Part shown: one piece after another, positions 54,581 through 63,464 of the stretch | Layout of the letters: every line of letters begins with the position of its first letter | Position numbering within the stretch: the stretch's first letter is position 1 | Source: Patescibacteria group bacterium | GTDB taxonomy: Bacteria; Patescibacteriota; Minisyncoccia; UBA6257; GWB1-50-10 | Length of the DNA: 64,000 bases | NCBI GenBank assembly: GCA_030017555.1 | Contig: JASEIC010000001.1 | Span: forward strand, 2,571-66,570 | Direction of reading: 5' to 3' | The notes under the pieces: generated by a model | What the model was told of the DNA's origin: nothing | What the model saw: only the letters and a program-made list of their open reading frames with translations | Databases searched by the model: none | Made by a program: the position numbers and the translations under genes

Positions 54581-56374
54581 ATGCTAAAAACGCAAAAAAT
54601 AATTACTATTTTCCTTGTTATTTCAGTTATAACCGCCGGCTTTTTCTTTCCTTTTCAAATAAAAGAGGCTAAAGCGGACATTGCCGGTGATTTTACGAAA
54701 CATTGTGTTGGCGACTTACTTTTTGATATAGGGTTGGAGTTAGGTCTTGGTAATGTCATTACTAAAATTGAAGAATTTCTTTCGCCAGGATCAGTGCCTT
54801 CAAGTGATGCAAATACTAAAGCGGAGCTAAGAAGATTTGAGCTTAAAGAATGTTTTAGGCGCTTAAAAGATCTGGCAATTGTTGCGGCCCACAATTATTT
54901 GAAAAAACGGCTTTTAGACCGGCTTGTTGACCAGACTGTTCAATGGATTCAAAACGGCGACGAACCAAGATTTGTCAGTGACTTTGACGAATTTCTTAAA
55001 GACGCGCACCAAGCGGCCGTTGGCGATACGCTTCGCGATATTGGTTTGGCAAAATTATGCGATGGGACTTTCGGAGCAAAATTAGAGCTTACTTTGGGAA
55101 AACGCGAACCGAGAAAGCTGACCCGAGACGTTACCTGCACATTAGATCAGGTTGTAGGCAATATTAATGCTTTTCGCAATGACTTTCAAAAAGGCGGCTG
55201 GCTTGGCATTCAAGAGGCCGCAAATCCAAGAAATAATATCTTTGGTTTAAAACTCATGGTTGTGGACAGAACAATCCGAGAAATTAGTATAAAACAAGAA
55301 ACAACTAAAGCTGAAGTCGCGGCAACCGGAATTAAGCCCCAAAAAAAATGTCTTGAATACACACTACTGGACAAAAAAACAGACGCTATTCTTAGACCAG
55401 GAGACTTTCATCCAATTGGCTCTGGCGGCTCTGATATGCTTGTGGGTCTAAATCCTACACCAGCTAATGCTGACGGCACGCCGCCAAGTCTATATGATGT
55501 AGCTATTAATTCCGGCCGCGCTTATTGGCGCTGTTCTAATGAACAAATAATAACTCCGGCTAACACCATAGCCGCAATAATAGCTAAAACCGGGGGCTTA
55601 GATTATGATTATATTTTAAACAGCGAAGATGTTTCTTCTTATTTTTCAGTTATATCTGACGCATTAATCAATCGGCTTACCACTGAAACCGGCAAGGGTT
55701 TGCGCGGTCTTTTTAAAGGCGGCGGCAGTCCTTCGCGAGGCGACGCAGGGTATCGCAACACTGATTATATAGACAGTAATACCGCTACTGCAATCCAAAA
55801 CTACGAAGGCACACTTACTGAAAATTATGAACTTAGCCCTGCCACAATAACCGCCAGTAAAGATGGTATGCTTGCCGCGATTGCTAAAGCCACTTCTTCT
55901 ATTGCAAATGCAGGAATAAATCTTAATACCGCAACACCAAAAAGATTAGAATTACTTCATTTGCTTTCTAACACGGCATTGAAGCCGGGTTGGGGCCTTA
56001 TTCAATGCATAAATCATATTGCAAATGTACACTCGCCCTTCACTTATGCAAGCGATCCGCCTATTGGACCAGACGTCCAAAGCACTTATGATTCTTACAA
56101 CACAGGCGGCGCTAACGCGCAAATTATTACGTCTTTAACAAATCAAATCGCGCCGCTTAATACTTCGGCAAACACCTTAAAAACCCAGGTAACAAACGCG
56201 GTTACTTCAGCAGATATTACGGCTTTAATACCTAAAGTAAATTCGCTTCTTACTGACGCTAAAAGTCTTGAAACAAATTCTCAATCAATCTTAAACGGGT
56301 TAGTAGAATTAGTAGCAACCGCCACAAATCAACGTCGGGACTGCAATGATTTTGATAGCGAATTTGATTCATAA
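54581..56374 (+). CDS. Secreted 597-aa protein (hypothetical; possible T4SS surface/adhesin component)
   Basis: Signal peptide MLKTQKIITIFLVISVITAGFFFPFQIKEAKA. No catalytic motifs recognised. Confidence 0.45.
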   Translation: MLKTQKIITIFLVISVITAGFFFPFQIKEAKADIAGDFTKHCVGDLLFDIGLELGLGNVITKIEEFLSPGSVPSSDANTKAELRRFELKECFRRLKDLAIVAAHNYLKKRLLDRLVDQTVQWIQNGDEPRFVSDFDEFLKDAHQAAVGDTLRDIGLAKLCDGTFGAKLELTLGKREPRKLTRDVTCTLDQVVGNINAFRNDFQKGGWLGIQEAANPRNNIFGLKLMVVDRTIREISIKQETTKAEVAATGIKPQKKCLEYTLLDKKTDAILRPGDFHPIGSGGSDMLVGLNPTPANADGTPPSLYDVAINSGRAYWRCSNEQIITPANTIAAIIAKTGGLDYDYILNSEDVSSYFSVISDALINRLTTETGKGLRGLFKGGGSPSRGDAGYRNTDYIDSNTATAIQNYEGTLTENYELSPATITASKDGMLAAIAKATSSIANAGINLNTATPKRLELLHLLSNTALKPGWGLIQCINHIANVHSPFTYASDPPIGPDVQSTYDSYNTGGANAQIITSLTNQIAPLNTSANTLKTQVTNAVTSADITALIPKVNSLLTDAKSLETNSQSILNGLVELVATATNQRRDCNDFDSEFDS

Positions 56375-56380
56375 AATTCT

Positions 56381-58801
56381 ATGCGGAAACATTTAAAGAA
56401 AATCGCGTTAATATCAATCCCGATAATCATCTTAATTTCTCTTGTGCCAATACTGGCTCATAGTCAGGGCTTTTGGGAAGTTTTAAATCCAATTAACTGG
56501 ATTAAGTGGGCAATAATGGCTGTTCTTTACCTTATTTCTTATATCGGCACATTATTTTTCAGTTTGGCGGGTTATTTGGTCGGTTTCTTTTTAAAATTCA
56601 ATTATGGAATTTTAAATTCAAATAATTTAATTGACCGCGGCTGGGCAATCACAAGAGATATTGCCAATCTCGGTTTTGTTCTGGTAATCGTGATTATTGC
56701 CCTCGCTACCATCTTACGATTTCAAGAATACGGCTACAAAAAACTCTTGCCGAAACTTATCGCGGCGGCAATTCTTGTAAATTTCAGCCTGGCCATTGCC
56801 GGCGTTTTTATTGATTTTTCCCATGTTTTAACCAAACAATTTTTCAGCGCGGTTGAAAGCCCGGGCACTGATATAGTCCAAGTGCTCTCCGGCGCCTTTG
56901 AGCCGCAAAAATTTTATACCGAACCTCTTGACCCGGCTCCAATTGACCCTGAAGAAGAAGCCGGCGGCTTTGAAGGATTTACGGTTTCCGTGCTCCTTGA
57001 TATTTCAAAACTTTTATTTACGGCAATTTTTATTTTTGCCGCGGCATTTGTTCTGTTTGCTTTTGCTTTTATGCTTCTTCTCCGATATATTTATTTATCG
57101 CTTCTTTTGGTTATCGCGCCTATTGCCTGGCTTTTTTGGGTTTTTCCGGCTTTGTCGGGCCAATTTAAAAAATGGTGGAGTAAATTCCTGGAATGGGTAT
57201 TTTTCGCGCCCGTTGTCGCTTTTTTCTTTTATTTAACGCTCACTTCCATAAAAAGCTTGAATCAAAACGCTCTTTTGCCGGACGGCACGTTCTTTAAAGG
57301 CACTCTTTCTGATTTAATGGCTCAAGGCGCGAAAATGGTTTTGCTCATCGGCCTTCTTTTTGGCGGCTTAATTATTGCCCAACAAATGGGTATTACCGGC
57401 GCGGCCGGCGCCATGAAAATGGCAAACACGGTCGGCAACAAAACCAAAAAATGGGCCGGAGAGAAAATGAAAGCTGGCGGTATTGCGGCTGGCAGACGAG
57501 CTCTTACGACCGGCGCTGGCAAAGATTTGGAAGGCAAATCCGCGCTTGAAAGAGCTGGAGAAGGAGTTGGCGGCAAGCTGGCGGAGTGGGGTTCCACAAA
57601 ATGGGGCAGGCGCTTTGGCATTGGAGTCTTAAGTAAACCATTCACCGGTATTGCCGGCGCGTCAGCTCAAGCTAAAGAAAAATTAAAAGCTGAAACCGAA
57701 GCCAGAGCAAAAAAGAGAATGCCGGAATCTTCGGAACTTGCTTTAGCGCGAATGCGTCTAGAATTAAGCAAACCTGAAGCGCTTGCTGATTCAGCATCAA
57801 CTGTCGCTAGTTTTACAAAAATCGCTCAAGATAAAAAAATGTGGGGTAGCCTAACCCCGCAAGAACAAGAAAAAATGCGGGATCGCGCTATTTCCGCCGG
57901 CCGGAAAACTAATTCTCTAGATAAGGTCATAGATGCCGACAAAGCATTGCTGGATCGACCGGAAATATTACCCGACGAAAAATTACTCAAGGCTTCTCTT
58001 GACGCGCAAAAATCTCCGGACTTTGAAAATCTGCCGGATGACATAAAACAAGCTATTTATGAAGGAATAGCGAGAACAGTTTTAAAACTGCCGGATAATC
58101 TAACGGATATCGCGCCTAATATTATAAAACTGCTTGAAAATAAAGACGCCCGCGAAATCATAAGACAACGCGGCTTAGAAGACGCGCTTTACAGCAAAAT
58201 AGAAGCTTCCAATGCTACCGGAGCCGTTAATAGAAACTTGCGTATTCAAGCTGCCGCGCTAGATCCTAGCAGGTTTTTTGAAAGTCTAGGTTTTGATGCG
58301 CCAAGCATATCAAATGACGAAAAAGATGAATCAATGAAAGAAATTCTTTCCAGAGTAAAAGATCCGGCAAATCTGATAATAAATGATCTAAGCGCTCTTT
58401 CCCAAAATCAGCGCGCTATTCAAACACGCCTTGTTCAAAATTTGAGCTTTAATCTGCACAGTAAAATTGGCAGTGAAGGTTCGCCAGAACTTAAAACCAA
58501 CACTATTCACACTCTTGCAAGAGGCATTGATCAACTTACTGGCACAAATACTTTTGCTGATCTTAAAAAGTTCTCTGGTGATATTAAGGAATTTGAAGAG
58601 CAATACGAAGCCTTAAGACGAGAGAAGGGCGCAAACGATAGCTCTACTCTGGCTAAAGCTGCTCAATTCAACCAAGCCAAAACCGATCTAAAAACAGCAG
58701 AAACAAATCTTAAAAACATCTCCAAAGACGCTCATCAACTTTGGCAAGTTTATCAAAAAGATCTTAAAGACACCAATTATCAAGACGCAACTTGGCCTTA
58801 A
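56381..58801 (+). CDS. VirB6/TrbL-like polytopic membrane protein with a long C-terminal hydrophilic domain (TcpH/PrgH-type)
   Basis: ~8 N-terminal TM helices over ~330 aa, then a ~470-aa charged domain. The architecture matches Gram-positive VirB6 homologues. Confidence 0.5.
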   Translation: MRKHLKKIALISIPIIILISLVPILAHSQGFWEVLNPINWIKWAIMAVLYLISYIGTLFFSLAGYLVGFFLKFNYGILNSNNLIDRGWAITRDIANLGFVLVIVIIALATILRFQEYGYKKLLPKLIAAAILVNFSLAIAGVFIDFSHVLTKQFFSAVESPGTDIVQVLSGAFEPQKFYTEPLDPAPIDPEEEAGGFEGFTVSVLLDISKLLFTAIFIFAAAFVLFAFAFMLLLRYIYLSLLLVIAPIAWLFWVFPALSGQFKKWWSKFLEWVFFAPVVAFFFYLTLTSIKSLNQNALLPDGTFFKGTLSDLMAQGAKMVLLIGLLFGGLIIAQQMGITGAAGAMKMANTVGNKTKKWAGEKMKAGGIAAGRRALTTGAGKDLEGKSALERAGEGVGGKLAEWGSTKWGRRFGIGVLSKPFTGIAGASAQAKEKLKAETEARAKKRMPESSELALARMRLELSKPEALADSASTVASFTKIAQDKKMWGSLTPQEQEKMRDRAISAGRKTNSLDKVIDADKALLDRPEILPDEKLLKASLDAQKSPDFENLPDDIKQAIYEGIARTVLKLPDNLTDIAPNIIKLLENKDAREIIRQRGLEDALYSKIEASNATGAVNRNLRIQAAALDPSRFFESLGFDAPSISNDEKDESMKEILSRVKDPANLIINDLSALSQNQRAIQTRLVQNLSFNLHSKIGSEGSPELKTNTIHTLARGIDQLTGTNTFADLKKFSGDIKEFEEQYEALRREKGANDSSTLAKAAQFNQAKTDLKTAETNLKNISKDAHQLWQVYQKDLKDTNYQDATWP

Positions 58802-58817
58802 TTTAATTATTTAAAAT

Positions 58818-59738
58818 ATGCCAACAACACTAAAAGAGGTTCCAATAAAAATTAAAACTCATCTTGGTTCAGATGAAATTATTGGCGTTATTGACCGGTT
58901 AAACAATAATGCTCGGATTTTTGAACCGCGAACCATACCACTCATTCTTTTTAAACTTATTACCAAAATACTTGCTCCAGAAAAAATTTATGAACAAATT
59001 TTAAAAGATTTAAATTTTTCTGAAGAAAAAACAAAAGCAATTACAAGAGAGATAAAAGAAAAAATTTTAGAACCGATCAAAGACGATTTAAAAAAACGGG
59101 GAATTGATATTGATGTAATTGACACAAAAAACTCTTTACTATTTCATGATTTTCTTAAAAAAGAAAAAGAGGAACTCCAAAAATTCGGCATTTCTTTTGA
59201 AATCATTGAAGAGCCCGAACCAATAAAAAGAATTTCGCTTGATAAAATAGGCGAGGCGCCGATGGCTAAAAAAATCCCGATTGAACAAACTGAAAACTTT
59301 TTTTCAAACAAACAAGATGGTTCGCCGCTCATTATTCATCAGGTAAAACCCTTAACCGAAACAAAACCAAAAACATCAACCCCGCTTTTTTCTCTTCCTT
59401 TTAAATTTCTAAAATCAAAATTGTCTCAAAGAAACCTGGAAAAACCGGTAATGGCTCGAATTGAAACGCCTGAAAAAACCATGCCCGAACCAGAAGAAAA
59501 TCAAGCATCAAAAAGAGTTGTTCATTACAGCGGCAATCGTACCCCTTTTTCTCCCGCTGAAACACCTGATTTTATTAATTTGGAAAAATTATCGCCGGAT
59601 ATTCCCGCGCCCCCTTCTCCGCCAACGCCGAAAAAAGAAAACGCGGAGCCAAAAACTCCTCCGCCAACGCCAAAAACAACAGAAATTGACGATAAAAACA
59701 AACCCAAACTAGACGGCAACATCGTTGATTTGAGCTAA
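58818..59738 (+). CDS. Hypothetical protein with a Pro-rich C-terminus
   Basis: 306 aa. C-terminal PAPPSPPTPKKENAEPKTPPPTPK. Confidence 0.4.
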   Translation: MPTTLKEVPIKIKTHLGSDEIIGVIDRLNNNARIFEPRTIPLILFKLITKILAPEKIYEQILKDLNFSEEKTKAITREIKEKILEPIKDDLKKRGIDIDVIDTKNSLLFHDFLKKEKEELQKFGISFEIIEEPEPIKRISLDKIGEAPMAKKIPIEQTENFFSNKQDGSPLIIHQVKPLTETKPKTSTPLFSLPFKFLKSKLSQRNLEKPVMARIETPEKTMPEPEENQASKRVVHYSGNRTPFSPAETPDFINLEKLSPDIPAPPSPPTPKKENAEPKTPPPTPKTTEIDDKNKPKLDGNIVDLS

Positions 59739-59823
59739 AACACGCCCATGAATCCCGTTAGAAGCAACTAAATCATGAAACCTATAAATACTAAGCATTT
59801 ATCTGAATCAATAAAAGGGATGA

Positions 59824-60121
59824 ATCCCTCACCCTTGAAAAACTAACTGATTATGTTTTACATTTATCTACTAAAATCAAGGCTTAATAATGGTTTTTGT
59901 GTTGGGTTTACGCCTGACTTGAAATCCAGACTGCTAAAACATAATCGGGGAGATGTTTTATCAACAAAACGTTATCTGCCTCGGGAATTAATGTACTATG
60001 AAGCGTATAAATCTAAAAAAGACGCTGTCTTGCGAGAAAAACAGCTTAAACGATTCGCCAAAAGCTTTTCGATGTTAAAACGTCGACTTAAATATTCCTT
60101 GGTTTTTCAAGGGTGAGGGAT
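59824..60121. mobile_element. Inverted-repeat-bounded GIY-YIG cassette (copy B of the tccctcaccc repeat family)
   Basis: 20-bp perfect inverted repeats atccctcacccttgaaaaac (59824-59843) and gtttttcaagggtgagggat (60102-60121) bracket ORF 59853..60116. Confidence 0.5.
59853..60116 (+). CDS. GIY-YIG nuclease-domain protein (YhbQ/UPF0213-like, 87 aa)
   Basis: FYIYLLKS...GFCVGFTPDLKSRLLKHNRG...STKRYLPRELMYYEAY...REKQLK matches GIY-YIG motifs. Its stop TGA lies inside the right repeat. Confidence 0.7.
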   Translation: MFYIYLLKSRLNNGFCVGFTPDLKSRLLKHNRGDVLSTKRYLPRELMYYEAYKSKKDAVLREKQLKRFAKSFSMLKRRLKYSLVFQG

Positions 60122-60617
60122 GAACTTCCAAGTACCGCAATTTATAGACGAACAAGCCAAAATTATCGGCTTTCTTACCTTAAAACAATTTGGTTTTATT
60201 GCCGTCGCCTTCATCACGGCGCTTATTTCTTTTCATTACTTTACTTTTTCTCTTGCTCTTATTATTACCGTAATTGTTGGCGCCTTAGCCATTGCTTTGG
60301 CATTTGGCAAAGTAAACAGCCAACCGTTGCCAAAAGTGATTTTAGCTGGTTTGGGATATTTGTGGAGTCCCAGAACTTATACATGGCAGCGCGCAATGAA
60401 AGAAACCGATCTTGATATTTCCGCTTTAGAAAAATTGGAGACGACAAGAAGAAATATGAGCATTCAAGAAAAAATAAAATCCATCGCCTTATCAATTACC
60501 ACCAGTAAATTCTTGTCGCCAAAACAAATGCGAGAAAATAATGAAAAGAAAAAATACCAAGTGGTTAGTTTTTCAACTGGAGAACGCAAATTTGCCAAAC
60601 GGGTTGACTATAAATAA
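60120..60617 (+). CDS. VirB3/PrgI-like two-TM protein (putative)
   Basis: Two adjacent TM helices (FGFIAVAFITALISFHYFTFSLALIITVIVGALAIALAF), placed upstream of the VirB4-like ATPase. ATG at 60120 lies inside the repeat. Confidence 0.4.
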   Translation: MNFQVPQFIDEQAKIIGFLTLKQFGFIAVAFITALISFHYFTFSLALIITVIVGALAIALAFGKVNSQPLPKVILAGLGYLWSPRTYTWQRAMKETDLDISALEKLETTRRNMSIQEKIKSIALSITTSKFLSPKQMRENNEKKKYQVVSFSTGERKFAKRVDYK

Positions 60618-60666
60618 TAACACAAAAAATATTTAGTTCGACTATAATAAATTTAATCACACTTTC

Positions 60667-61314
60667 ATGGAACCGGCATTGCCAACTCAAAAATTCGTTG
60701 ATATAAAAAACGTCAAAGACGGCGCGGTTTATCTCAAAAATAACGGCTTACGAAAAATACTGATTGTGAGCGGCGTAAATTTTGATTTAAAATCCGAAGC
60801 CGAACAATCTTTAATCTTAAATACCTTTCAAAACATGTTAAACTCTCTGGACTTTTCAATTCAATTCTTTGTTCATTCCCGCAAAATCAACGTCGACGAA
60901 TACCTCGCAAATATGAGCACGAAAAAAGAAAAAGAACCGAACGAACTTCTCAAAATTCAAATCGAGGAATATGTCGAATTTATTCGTTCGTTTGTTCAAG
61001 AAAATTCTATTATTTCTAAAGCTTTTTTTGCTATCGTTCCTTATGACCCCCAACCGATTACTTCTCAAACACGAGGTTTTTTGAACACTTTTAAAACACT
61101 TGTTAAAAAACCAAGCACAAATAAAGTAGAAGAAGAAAATACTCAAAAAAATCTGGAACAGCTTGACCACCGAGTAAATCAAGTTATTGACGGCTTAGAA
61201 CAAATTGGACTCCGGGCAGTTCCTCTTGAAGATGATGAAATTACCGAACTTTTCTATAATCTTTATAATCCTCAACTTGTTGAAAAAAAAGGTTTAAATA
61301 TCGCAGAAAAATGA
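60667..61314 (+). CDS. Hypothetical protein; possibly the detached N-terminal domain of VirB4
   Basis: 215 aa. 4-nt ATGA overlap with the downstream 585-aa VirB4-like ORF. The combined length of ~800 aa equals a canonical VirB4. Confidence 0.35.
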   Translation: MEPALPTQKFVDIKNVKDGAVYLKNNGLRKILIVSGVNFDLKSEAEQSLILNTFQNMLNSLDFSIQFFVHSRKINVDEYLANMSTKKEKEPNELLKIQIEEYVEFIRSFVQENSIISKAFFAIVPYDPQPITSQTRGFLNTFKTLVKKPSTNKVEEENTQKNLEQLDHRVNQVIDGLEQIGLRAVPLEDDEITELFYNLYNPQLVEKKGLNIAEK

Positions 61315-63068
61315 CAAAAATTAAAATTCCACAACCTTATAAACCGAGCTCTGAAGACGTAGCAAATATTATTGCTCCGGCCGGTCTTGAAGCAAGTCCA
61401 AATTACATGAAATTGGGGGACTATTTTGTTAAAACTCTTTTTATTTTCACTTACCCGAGATATATTTCAAGCGGTTGGTTTTCTCCAATAATTAATCTCG
61501 CGGAAATGATGGATATTTCTATTTTTGTCCACCCAATGGATACGGCTTTAGCGCTTAGAAATTTAAGGAAAAAAGTCGCTCAAATTCAAGCTGAAGCAAG
61601 CGAAAGAGAAGAAAAGGGCCTTGTCCGCGATCCGATTTTAGAAACCGCTCACCAAGACATTGAAAATCTCCGCGACGCTCTCCAGCAAGCCCGGGAAAAA
61701 CTTTATAGGATCGGGGTTTACATAACAATTTACGGCAAAGGCTTGGAAGAATTAAATAAATTGGAAAATAAAATAGAAAACATGCTTGAAGCGAAACTTG
61801 TTTATATAAAACCCGCGCTCTTCCGACAACTTGAAGGTTTTGCCTCAACCCTGCCTCTTTGCCAAGATAAATTATTGATTCATACGGCTTTAAATTCCGG
61901 CCCTTCTTCTTCGCTTTTTCCTTTTGTTTCACCGGACTTAACCTCGGATAAAGGCATCCTTTACGGCGTTAATATGCACAATGCCAGTCTTATAATTTTT
62001 GACCGATTTTCTCTTGAAAACGCCAACACTGTTGTCTTTGCTAAATCCGGCGCGGGCAAATCTTATGCCACTAAACTTCAAATCCTTCGTTCTCTTATGA
62101 TCGGGACAAACGTCATTGTTATTGATCCGGAAAATGAATATCAAAACTTAGCTAACGCGATTGGCGGCAGTTATTTTAAAATTTCTCTAACCTCGCCAAA
62201 CCATGTTAATCCTTTCGACATTCCAATCAGTCCGGAGGGCGAGAAACCGGCTGATGTTTTTAAATCTCATGTTTTGAACTTAACCGGACTAGTAAAATTA
62301 ATGCTCGGCTCTATTACGCCCGAAGAAGACAGCCTTTTAGATCGGGCTATTACTGAAACTTATGCTTCTCGCGATATTACCGCTGAAACATTCGGCGCCA
62401 TAAAAGAATTAAATCCGCCCCTCTTAGAAGATCTGCAGGTTGTTCTTAAAAACACTGAAGGCGGCGCTGGCATTGCTCAACGGCTTGAGAAATTCACTCG
62501 CGGTTCTTACGCTGGTTTTACAAACGCGCCCACCAACGTTGATATAAAAAACCGGTTCATTGTTTTTTCAATAAGAGATTTGGAAGAAGAATTAAGACCC
62601 GTGGCAATGTACATAGTCTTAAATTTTGTCTGGAACTTGGTTCGGTCAGAATTAAAACAACGGCTTATGATTATTGATGAAGCTTGGTGGATGATGAAAT
62701 ACAAAGATTCGGCGGCTTTTCTTTTTGGCCTCGTGAAACGCGCCCGCAAATACTATTTGGGCATTACCACCATCACTCAAGACGTTGAAGATTTCTTGAA
62801 ATCCGATTATGGCCGGCCGATTGTCACTAATTCCTCAATCCAATTTTTGATGAAACAATCAACAACCTCCATTGGTTCGGTTGCTCAAGCTTTTGATCTT
62901 ACCGAGAGCGAAAAAACTTTTTTAGTCGAAGCCGGCGTCGGCGAAGGATTATTTTTTGCCGGCTTAAAACACGTCGCCATAAAAATTATCGCCTCCTTTA
63001 CCGAAGATCAAATTATTACCACCAATCCCGAACAAATGATTGAACTTAAAGGGCTAACTAAAAAATAA
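61311..63068 (+). CDS. VirB4/TrbE/CagE-family type IV secretion ATPase (C-terminal ATPase part)
   Basis: Walker A VVFAKSGAGKSYATKL. NPFD motif. Walker B LMIIDEAWW. RKYYLGITTITQ conserved C-terminal block. Confidence 0.7.
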   Translation: MTKIKIPQPYKPSSEDVANIIAPAGLEASPNYMKLGDYFVKTLFIFTYPRYISSGWFSPIINLAEMMDISIFVHPMDTALALRNLRKKVAQIQAEASEREEKGLVRDPILETAHQDIENLRDALQQAREKLYRIGVYITIYGKGLEELNKLENKIENMLEAKLVYIKPALFRQLEGFASTLPLCQDKLLIHTALNSGPSSSLFPFVSPDLTSDKGILYGVNMHNASLIIFDRFSLENANTVVFAKSGAGKSYATKLQILRSLMIGTNVIVIDPENEYQNLANAIGGSYFKISLTSPNHVNPFDIPISPEGEKPADVFKSHVLNLTGLVKLMLGSITPEEDSLLDRAITETYASRDITAETFGAIKELNPPLLEDLQVVLKNTEGGAGIAQRLEKFTRGSYAGFTNAPTNVDIKNRFIVFSIRDLEEELRPVAMYIVLNFVWNLVRSELKQRLMIIDEAWWMMKYKDSAAFLFGLVKRARKYYLGITTITQDVEDFLKSDYGRPIVTNSSIQFLMKQSTTSIGSVAQAFDLTESEKTFLVEAGVGEGLFFAGLKHVAIKIIASFTEDQIITTNPEQMIELKGLTKK

Positions 63069-63434
63069 ATGGATCAAGAACACAATAAATACAAAGAAGT
63101 AGAATTAATCCTTGGCAGTATGGTAACAATTAGCATTGATGGTGTTTGTTTTATTCTTGATTTTACTGGAATCGGCGACATTATCACTCCTTTCATACAA
63201 AGCGCCGGTACGGCGTGCCTTTCTTTGTGGGCCTGGCGAAAAGGCGACAAAGCCTCGCTTAAACTCGGAAGGCAAGCAACAAAATACGCTTCAAACGCAC
63301 TACCATGGCTCCCCACGCTCACGGCCATGTTCTTAATAGAAGCTTATATGCATAATCATCCGGAAAAATTCGCTTTAGCCCAAAAAGCCATGAGCGCCGG
63401 TTCGGGCAAACCCGCTGTTACTGCAGTCAAATAA
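63069..63434 (+). CDS. Small hydrophobic protein (hypothetical T4SS accessory)
   Basis: 121 aa, immediately after the VirB4-like gene. Confidence 0.35.
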   Translation: MDQEHNKYKEVELILGSMVTISIDGVCFILDFTGIGDIITPFIQSAGTACLSLWAWRKGDKASLKLGRQATKYASNALPWLPTLTAMFLIEAYMHNHPEKFALAQKAMSAGSGKPAVTAVK

Positions 63435-63464
63435 CAAATTTCGCGCTATAATTAAATAATAACA

